From positions 1,620,001 to 1,652,000 of the forward strand of contig OY969938.1 in NCBI GenBank assembly GCA_963704755.1: a stretch of 32,000 bases of DNA. The letters run 5' to 3'. The DNA comes from an uncultured Chloroflexia bacterium (GTDB lineage: Bacteria > Chloroflexota > Anaerolineae > Anaerolineales > Anaerolineaceae). How positions within the stretch are numbered: position 1 is the stretch's first letter; each line of letters starts with the position of its first letter. Below the pieces are notes generated by a model that worked only from the letters and a program-made list of their open reading frames with translations, was not told where the DNA came from and did not search any database. The translations under genes and the position numbers were made by a program. Shown here in pieces: positions 24,785 through 31,590 of the stretch.

Positions 24785-25741
24785 ATGAACACTGAACCCT
24801 ATCCAATTGTAAAGAAAACAGTGCCTACTTTCTATTTTATCGGCGTGACGACCGGGAAATCCTCCATCATGAAAGTCTTTCCGCAGTGGATGAAGGTTTT
24901 AGGGAAAGAAGATGTCGTCATCGAAGGCGTGGATTGCAAGATCCATGACGACCCCGAAAAATACCGGGCCGCCGTCGCCCAAATCAAGAACGACGCACTT
25001 TCCTTGGGGGCTCTCGTTACCACCCACAAAATTGACCTGCTCACTGCCGCCCGGGATATGTTCGACTATCTCGACCCATACGCGGCCATAACCGGTGAGG
25101 TTTCCAGCATCTCCCGGCTGGACGGGCGGCTGGAAGGGCACGCCAAGGATCCCATTTCCTCTGGAGCCAGCCTGGACGCCATCGTCGGCAAAGATTATTT
25201 TGCCCGCACCGGCGCTGAGGTGCTCTGCTTTGGCGCCGGCGGCTCGGCTATAGCGACTTTGCTGCACCTGATGAATAAAAAAGATAAAGCGGACCGCCCG
25301 CGCCGGTTTACTTTTGTGAATCGCTCCCAGTGCCGCCTGGATCACGCCCGGGAAATGGTGAACACCCTCGGCACGGATATCGAAATCGAATACGTCTGCA
25401 ACGCCGACCCGAAAGTCAACGATCAAATCCTGGAGAAATTCCCTCCCAAGAGCGTCATCATCAACGCGACCGGCATGGGTAAAGATACCCCCGGTTCTCC
25501 CATCACCTGGGAAGGGCGATTCCCGGTCGAGAGCATCGCCTGGGAGTTCAATTACCGCGGCGAGCTGGATTTCCTCCATCAAGCCCTGGCGCAGGCGGAG
25601 AGCCGCTGCCTGAAAGTCGAAGACGGCTGGCTTTATTTTGTGCATGGCTGGACCCAGGTGGTTTCCCAGGTTTTTCATTTCGACCTCACCCCCGAGTTAT
25701 TCGCAGCGCTCAACCGGGCGGCTTCCGCCGTCCGAGGATAA
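24785..25741 (+). CDS. shikimate/quinate dehydrogenase-family (AroE-like) oxidoreductase
   Basis: 318 aa; ..FYFIGVTTGKSSIMKVFP.., ..GALVTTHKID.., GAGGSAIAT (Rossmann), ..INATGMGK... GAGGAAG precedes the ATG. Confidence 0.75.
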   Translation: MNTEPYPIVKKTVPTFYFIGVTTGKSSIMKVFPQWMKVLGKEDVVIEGVDCKIHDDPEKYRAAVAQIKNDALSLGALVTTHKIDLLTAARDMFDYLDPYAAITGEVSSISRLDGRLEGHAKDPISSGASLDAIVGKDYFARTGAEVLCFGAGGSAIATLLHLMNKKDKADRPRRFTFVNRSQCRLDHAREMVNTLGTDIEIEYVCNADPKVNDQILEKFPPKSVIINATGMGKDTPGSPITWEGRFPVESIAWEFNYRGELDFLHQALAQAESRCLKVEDGWLYFVHGWTQVVSQVFHFDLTPELFAALNRAASAVRG

Positions 25742-25817
25742 TCAATAGATTTTCTGCATGGGACTGGCGGATAGGGATGAACTTCTCGCGAAAGCTCGAT
25801 GAAAACAAAAATATTCT

Positions 25818-25899
25818 GTTACTGCTCAGGCAAGGTCAGAAGGTAAGCGTGGTTTATTATTTTTTGCGTACTCCGCACGCAAAAAATAATAAAAACACC
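25818..25899 (+). repeat. family copy b: 14-nt box GTTACTGCTCAGGC + 17-nt spacer + hairpin (25849..25899)
   Basis: The perfect 17-bp core TTTATTATTTTTTGCGT / ACGCAAAAAATAATAAA has apex C-TCC-G and the right arm ends ATAAAAACACC. The box is identical to the reverse complement of 31561..31574. Confidence 0.75.
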
Positions 25900-25972
25900 T
25901 CGTTCTCCTGCTGTAGCTAAGTAGTTACAAAATCCCTGCATCTATATTAGGAACAATGAAAGGTTGGCTACG

Positions 25973-26668
25973 ATGTTATTAACAGCTTCTGATGTCGCCA
26001 GGATGATCGACCTCTCCTGTGTTCGCACCATATCCGATAAAGCGGATATCGAGGAAATGGTTTCGGCCGCTCGCAGCTATGGATTTGGGCAGGTTTCTGT
26101 GCTGCAATGTTTTATTCCCTACACCCGCCAGCTTTTGGCAGGTTCCGCGGATATCCACGTCGTTGGGAACGTGAGCTTTCCTTCGGGCTCAGATACTACC
26201 TCGATTAAGGTGTGCCAGGCCAAAGAGATGGTCTCCGCCGGCTGCGATGAGATCGACACCGTGATGAACATTGGTAAATTAAGGTCTGGCGACCTGGCCG
26301 AAGTTGAGCAAGATGTTCGTGCAGTGGTCGAAACCGTTCGCCCCATACCTGTCAAAGTCATCATCGAATATTCGGTACTCACCCCCAGCGAAGCGGAACA
26401 GGCCTGCAATATTTGCTTGAAGTGCGGGGCATCCTTCGTTAAAACCGGTTCCGGGTGGATTGGCCGCGGCACGACTGCCGAGGATGTCCATTTTATAAAA
26501 TCGATCGTCGGGGATCAAATCAAGATCAAAGCTTCGGGGGGTATTCGCGACCTGGCTACCCTGGTCGCGATGTATAAAGAAGGTGCCAGGCGGTTCGGCG
26601 TCAACCTGAGGAGTGGGATCAGCATCGTTGAAGAGTGCCGATCTTTGGGTACAGGCGTGACGATCTGA
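25973..26668 (+). CDS. deoC: DeoC-family aldolase (deoxyribose-phosphate aldolase-like)
   Basis: ..MIDLSCVRT.., ..NVSFPSGS.., ..GCDEIDTVMNIG.., ..ASFVKTGSGW.. (Schiff-base Lys context), ..IKASGGIR... The track start is TTG 25964; ATG 25973 lies 9 nt after AAAGG. Confidence 0.8.
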   Translation: MLLTASDVARMIDLSCVRTISDKADIEEMVSAARSYGFGQVSVLQCFIPYTRQLLAGSADIHVVGNVSFPSGSDTTSIKVCQAKEMVSAGCDEIDTVMNIGKLRSGDLAEVEQDVRAVVETVRPIPVKVIIEYSVLTPSEAEQACNICLKCGASFVKTGSGWIGRGTTAEDVHFIKSIVGDQIKIKASGGIRDLATLVAMYKEGARRFGVNLRSGISIVEECRSLGTGVTI

Positions 26669-26788
26669 ACCGTTTACTCCACCCGGCAGAGCCAAAATTG
26701 CTGAATAGAGAACATCGAATCAAAGACCTGTAAGTTTACTGTAATACCTTGCAATTAAAAGCTCTGCCGGTGGCACGAAGAAGAAAGG

Positions 26789-26857
26789 ATTAGAGGGGTG
26801 TTTTTATTGTTTTTGGCAGGCTTCGCCTGCCAAAAACAATAAAAACACCCCTCTAAT
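26789..26857. repeat. family copy c: 33-bp perfect palindromic stem with TTC apex
   Basis: ATTAGAGGGGTGTTTTTATTGTTTTTGGCAGGC-ttc-GCCTGCCAAAAACAATAAAAACACCCCTCTAAT, with no mismatch, followed by TTTTT. Confidence 0.85.
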
Positions 26858-26928
26858 TTTTATCGATAGAATTTCACCAGCCACTCCTTCAGGTGCCGGG
26901 AACATAATAATGCATCTGGAGTAATTCG

Positions 26929-27190
26929 ATGGCCAAAATTGTGTTTTTCAACGTTCCGGCCCATGGCCACATCAACCCCACCTTACCGTTGGTTGCTGAA
27001 CTCGTGCAGCGGGGCAATGAGGTGATCTATTACGCCATGCCGGAGTTCCAGGACAAAATCCAGAAAACCGGTGCCCGGTTCAGGGCCTACGATTTACATC
27101 GTTACGAGCAGTTTCACCCCAGTGCGAACTCGCTGCGGCGGGTACCAGCTCGCCGCCGATATGATCGAAGAATTTGTGCAGCACCACTAA
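26929..27190 (+). pseudogene. internally deleted MGT-family (macrolide/YjiC/OleD-like, GT1) glycosyltransferase remnant
   Basis: The N-terminal about 65 aa, MAKIVFFNVPAHGHINPTLPLVAELVQRGNEVIYYAMPEFQDKIQKTGARFRAY, match MGT N-termini. At 27137..27190, in another frame, GGYQLAADMIEEFVQHH-TAA matches the extreme MGT C-terminus (compare YjiC ..GGAERAAAEIEAF..). The roughly 300 central codons are missing. Confidence 0.7.
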
Positions 27191-27211
27191 CGAACCACTC
27201 CAGCACATATT

Positions 27212-27280
27212 AAAAAAATCCCTGAAAACAAGGTATTTGCCGGGACTTCGTCCCGGCAAATACCTTGTTTTCGGGATTTT
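27212..27280. terminator. bidirectional intrinsic terminator between convergent genes (about 30-bp stem with one bulge, TTC apex, A7 upstream and T4 downstream)
   Basis: AAAAAAATCCCtGAAAACAAGGTATTTGCCGGGAC-ttc-GTCCCGGCAAATACCTTGTTTTCGGGATTTT. It has canonical A-run/stem/T-run polarity on both strands. Confidence 0.75.
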
Positions 27281-27294
27281 ATGTACAGTAACCC

Positions 27295-27805
27295 TCAATT
27301 TTTGCAGAACGTTTCGTCCACCAGCGCCTGAACAGATGCGTTCAAAGGAACACCATTTTCCTGCATGGCCGTCAGGGTCTGGCAGGTTTCTTCCCGCAGG
27401 TAGGGAAAGTCGTTCACCTTGGGCGCTGTCGAGCGCAGCCAGTCCTCATCGCCCAGCACCGCGTAGGCTTGAATGAACGGCAGCCACTCCACCCGGTCGA
27501 TGGGATGATAGCCGTTAGCCTCAGCCTGTTGGTCCAAATCAGCCACTTGCTGGTAATCGCCGGTCTGTAAGGCCAGTTCGGCTTTTTCGTAATAGTAGCA
27601 CCAGGTATGGGCCGGCTCGGCGCCAAATAACGCCGCCGGCGGGGTCTGCGCGGGTCCGCTAGTTTCGATCGTGCCGATGTGGGAATAATCTGCCAGGGCC
27701 AGCACCTGGTCGCCCTCTCCCACGGATATGCGCGGCCAGGCCGAATCCAGGGCGTGTACGCAGGAGCCGTCCGTGGGTTGGCTGAGGATCAACAGGCGGT
27801 CGAAG
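27295..27805 (-). CDS. probable C-terminal continuation of the membrane protein (TPR-like soluble domain) in a +1-shifted frame
   Basis: This is track ORF 27295..27885. Its first about 25 codons look off-frame, and from ..DFDRLLILSQPTDGSCVHALD.. onward it is protein-like (..WCYYYEKAELALQTGDYQQVADLDQQAEANGYHP..). There is no ATG or SD for an independent start. Confidence 0.5.
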
Positions 27806-29338
27806 TCAGAACTCGCTGGTATGTGAGCGGTATTCCTGTGCGCGGTCCTTACCCAGCAAGATGGCTTCGCTGGTCTCGGCGTCATTAGACAATACCGATA
27901 TCTTATAGTCCACCGGGGTCTGGGCAGATTTTTGCGGGTAATAGATCAGGTTGGCCGGCCCATTGCCCACATCCACGCCATCTTTCTCCACCAGGCCCGG
28001 ATAATCCACCAGCATGGTGGTCTTCTCTTGCAGCTCTGGCGCACGCCAACTGACCTGCCACCAGAAGGTGGCAATCGTGTTCATTTCATCGACGGCCTGC
28101 ATGGCCAGGCTGTTGTGCGTCAATATTGCCAGGCAGACCAGCAGCGCGATCGCAGTGCTGCGGGTGAGGCCTTTTTGCAGCCGGAAGAGCAGCCCGCCGA
28201 TAAAGACCGCAGCGACCAGGGACGCCGGCAGCGCGTAATGCGAATAAGCGCTGAAAACCACCTCGCGGTTGGCCATCACCACCGGTAGGACCCCCATCAC
28301 GCCGCCAATCAAGCCAAGCCATAAGGCTTCACCAGACCAGGAATTTTCGGGTGTTCCCGCGCTTTCCCTTCGATCCTTGCGGAAATAACGAAAGGCCGCA
28401 AACAGGGCAACCAGGCCAAGAGCCCCAAGCCCAAAGGCGACCAGGAATTCTTTTAGCCGCAGCTTGAAGAATTCATCGTAAAACGGCGTGACCCAGGCCA
28501 TCAGCAGAGTATTCAGGGTACTTTGCCCCAGGCGCAGCAGCCACCACATCCCATTCTGGACCGGAGAGGAAAGCAAAGTGCCTAACTGAACGCCGATATC
28601 CGTCTCTTTGCGGGTGTTTTGAAAGATGAACACTCGCCAGACCAGAAAACCCAGCGGAATGGCCACCGCAATGACCCAGGCGCGCAGTGATCGCCAGACC
28701 CTGGACAGGAATGAATCCACTTGCCCGCGGTTGACCATCAGGTATACGCACAGGAAACGAAAAACCTCCATGCCAATGGCATAATCGACCAGGGCAATGT
28801 ACGCCCAGCCGGTCAAAATCGATGCGACCCACAGGGCGGACTTGCTCCATCCAGACCGGGCCTTGATCGCCCGCACCGTTAAAGCGATCGAAAGCACCTC
28901 CAGCGCCAGGCTCATAATCATAGGCTGGTATTCGTAGCCGGCTACCCACCACCAGTAGCCGGGATACAAGACAAACAAGAGCGCCATGACCCAGGACGCA
29001 AAACGCTGCTGCGGCCAGATCAGGCGAAACAGCCACAGCGCAGCCAGGGCCGCCAGCATCCGCCAGGCAAATTCACCCACGTGATAAGGGAGTGGGGCAT
29101 TGCCAAACAGGTTGAAATACGCCTCGAAGACATACCCGCGCGCGGGCCGGTCGATCTGGAACATCTGGTGATAAATCGAAGCGCCACCCAACTGACCGTC
29201 GGTCGCATAATACCAATCATCCTGATAGAGGGTTAAATGGGTCACTTGCGGCAGGTAAGTTACCCCAGCCAGAACCAGAATCAAAATACTTTCGATGATC
29301 CACGAACGAAAACGTATCGTTCTATCTAAAGCAGCCAT
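27806..29338 (-). CDS. large polytopic membrane protein, tentatively GT-C-fold (ArnT/PMT-like) glycosyltransferase; the frame appears broken at its 3' end
   Basis: About 12 or more hydrophobic segments, an Asp pair in the first loop (LYQDDWYY), and a C-terminal soluble part (..LVDYPGLVEKDGVDVGNGPANLIYYPQ..). The ORF ends at TGA 27806..27808, but the protein-like text continues in the next frame. Confidence 0.7.
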   Translation of the reverse strand: MAALDRTIRFRSWIIESILILVLAGVTYLPQVTHLTLYQDDWYYATDGQLGGASIYHQMFQIDRPARGYVFEAYFNLFGNAPLPYHVGEFAWRMLAALAALWLFRLIWPQQRFASWVMALLFVLYPGYWWWVAGYEYQPMIMSLALEVLSIALTVRAIKARSGWSKSALWVASILTGWAYIALVDYAIGMEVFRFLCVYLMVNRGQVDSFLSRVWRSLRAWVIAVAIPLGFLVWRVFIFQNTRKETDIGVQLGTLLSSPVQNGMWWLLRLGQSTLNTLLMAWVTPFYDEFFKLRLKEFLVAFGLGALGLVALFAAFRYFRKDRRESAGTPENSWSGEALWLGLIGGVMGVLPVVMANREVVFSAYSHYALPASLVAAVFIGGLLFRLQKGLTRSTAIALLVCLAILTHNSLAMQAVDEMNTIATFWWQVSWRAPELQEKTTMLVDYPGLVEKDGVDVGNGPANLIYYPQKSAQTPVDYKISVLSNDAETSEAILLGKDRAQEYRSHTSEF

Positions 29339-30105
29339 ATTAGATTTTTTCTCGAAACAAACAGGGTTTGGATGTTCGCGGCATTCAGGAACAATTCGGT
29401 CGGATACCCACTAAAGCCTGAATGCGAACGCCTCTCGATTATAACATTCCGACGATCTGCTCCGTTTGGTTAACGGATTAATGGCGCAAAAGGGTCGTTT
29501 ATCCACCCAATTCATAATCATTGATTATTTTTATTGATTTTCTAAGAATCTTATAAAGAAGTTATAAAGGGATTTTAAAAGTATTCCGCCGCCCAGTATG
29601 CTATAGTAATTTCACGTTAGATTGGTGACAACAAAGCACCTTCACAACCAGGGAATGAACATTCCCCATCACAAGTAATCACATTGAAAATCATCATCTC
29701 GGACCAATCTGGTTATCCGTAGAATTAGCACTTGAACCCCGAAAATTGTGGCTGATTCACCCCCATTGGTCAGTTTTGATCCAGTAGGCCACGCGAAAGA
29801 CAACTAAAACTGCAGAAAGAACGCCTCCCAACGAATTTGGAGGTGTGCTTAAACGCGTCTGTACTTCAGACCCCGGCAATAATGCTTCAGACGCCCTGTA
29901 CAGGTTTACACAAATTTTCCGCAGGTAATTCGCATCCGGATGTCGAAATGGCGGAGCATGCCAAGAACCCTCACATCACTAGCCGAACCAAGGCAAGAAA
30001 ACAAACCACAAATAATTCACAGTAACAGGAGAGCAACGTATTCAACATTATTGGCAATCGGTTTCAAATTCTCACATCCACCATTCTTCATAAGGAGCAA
30101 TCTGT

Positions 30106-31077
30106 ATGAAACAGAAATTTTCTTTTCGTATTTTGGCTTTAGCACTGATCCTAGTGCTGTTTGCCGGTGTGGCCTTCGTTGGTGATGTAGCCGCCGACCA
30201 GAATACACCCCAATCCGTTGGGACGGCGTTTTCCTACCAGGGGAAGCTTTACGAGAGCGCCACACCTGCTAACGGAACATACGACTTCCAATTCACGTTG
30301 TTCGGCCAACAGAATAGCGGCAGCGCAATCGCCGGCCCAATTTCGAAAAATGATGTCGAAGTAAATGATGGCCTCTTTACGGTCAGCCTGGATTTTGGCG
30401 CGAACAGTTTTAATGGCGGTGACCGCTGGCTGGAAATCGCTGTACGCCCTGGAAATGAAACCGGTTTTTACACCACCCTCGTTCCTCGCCAGCAAATTTC
30501 CCCCACCCCTTACGCCATTTATTCCGATACGGCCGGTAAAGTGGACTGGAGCGGCATCCAGAATGTGCCGGCCAGCCTGGCCGATGGCGACCAGGATACC
30601 ACTTATACCGCTGGGAATGGGCTCAACCTGACAGACACTCAATTCTCTCTGGCTTCGCACCTGAATGTGACCGGCATGGCTGCGCCTTCCGACACGGTTC
30701 AGCTGGGCGACGTTTACAAAAACAACCAGATCATCGCCTGGGCAAAAGTTCAGGCCAATGGTTCGCTGGCTTCCGACGGCTTCAATTTTGGGATCCAATC
30801 GGTAACTCACCAGGGTACCGGGGATTATCTGATCAAATTGGACGTATCCGTGCCCGATGGCGGGTTCATCGCCCCGGTTGTTTCTCCAGAAGTGGACTAT
30901 GCTGATCTCACTCAACCAACCCCTGCATTAACAGACATCCCCATCGCCGTGGTGGACCAGTTAGGCGATATCCACGTAACTTCGAACCAGTTTGGGGTGT
31001 ATATGTTCGACGCAACGGGAGAGTTTGTTGATAATGACTTCATCGTCATCGTAACGGGCGGCGGAGTTCTCCCCTAG
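30106..31077 (+). CDS. secreted protein of unknown function with a conserved FxYQGxL...PANGxYDFxFxL...NGLFTVxLDFG...RWLEIxVR N-terminal module
   Basis: Signal peptide MKQKFSFRILALALILVLFAGVAFVGDVAA. AAGGAG lies 8 nt before the ATG. The mid-section DWSGIQNVPASLADGDQDTTYTAGNGLNLT is typical of fibre/adhesin-like hypothetical proteins (memory-based). Confidence 0.8.
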   Translation: MKQKFSFRILALALILVLFAGVAFVGDVAADQNTPQSVGTAFSYQGKLYESATPANGTYDFQFTLFGQQNSGSAIAGPISKNDVEVNDGLFTVSLDFGANSFNGGDRWLEIAVRPGNETGFYTTLVPRQQISPTPYAIYSDTAGKVDWSGIQNVPASLADGDQDTTYTAGNGLNLTDTQFSLASHLNVTGMAAPSDTVQLGDVYKNNQIIAWAKVQANGSLASDGFNFGIQSVTHQGTGDYLIKLDVSVPDGGFIAPVVSPEVDYADLTQPTPALTDIPIAVVDQLGDIHVTSNQFGVYMFDATGEFVDNDFIVIVTGGGVLP

Positions 31078-31087
31078 GAGGGCAGCC

Positions 31088-31387
31088 ATGAAGACCTTCA
31101 ATTTCGGGCGGGTTAGTCTAATCTTCGTGGTCGTCGCTCTGGCCTTGCTGCTGGTCACTACCGCTGCTTTTGCTGCCGGGAGCATGGAAATTCCCTGGTG
31201 GTCGGCGACGGGCAGCGGCGGAACGGCAATGACAGGGGGCAATTACTCCGTTTCGGGTATTGCCGGGCAGCCATACGCCGGCGTCGCCATGTCCGGCGGG
31301 GCGTTTTCACTGGAAAGTGGTTTCTTACACGGAGCCACGGCCACCATCGCAAACTTTTTCATTTACTTACCCCAAGTGGTCCGTTAG
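31088..31387 (+). CDS. small secreted protein (99 aa) with a GGxYxxxGxxGQPxAGxxMSGGxFxLxSGF motif and a hydrophobic FIYLPQVVR tail
   Basis: GGAGGG lies 6 nt before the ATG, 10 nt after the upstream stop. Signal peptide VSLIFVVVALALLLVTTAAFAAG. Confidence 0.7.
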   Translation: MKTFNFGRVSLIFVVVALALLLVTTAAFAAGSMEIPWWSATGSGGTAMTGGNYSVSGIAGQPYAGVAMSGGAFSLESGFLHGATATIANFFIYLPQVVR

Positions 31388-31492
31388 TATCGCATCTTTC
31401 CGAAGTGGGGATGCATTTCGTCCGATCCGAGTGCGTCCCCACTCCTTTAATTCCTTGGCGGAGGTAACTACTCAGCTACCGCAAAAGAGAAC

Positions 31493-31574
31493 GTGTTTTT
31501 ATCGATTTTCACGTGCTCCGCACGCGAAAATCGATAAAAACACCTCTGATTTCCGAACCAGCCTGAGCAGTAAC
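31493..31574 (-). repeat. family copy d (inverted orientation): hairpin 31493..31543 + 17-nt spacer + 14-nt box
   Basis: GTGTTTTTATCGATTTTCaCGTGC-tcc-GCACGcGAAAATCGATAAAAACAC (24-bp arms, one mismatch). GCCTGAGCAGTAAC at 31561..31574 is the exact reverse complement of 25818..25831. Confidence 0.75.
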
Positions 31575-31590
31575 CACCGGATAAAAAAAC

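Noticed and set aside
22736-26857. Interpretation of the palindromic elements flanking the DeoC-like gene and other genes as integron attC sites or gene cassettes.
   Set aside because: I could not find attC core sites (RYYYAAC ... GTTRRRY), the arms are near-perfect rather than bulged, and no intI integrase is in the window.
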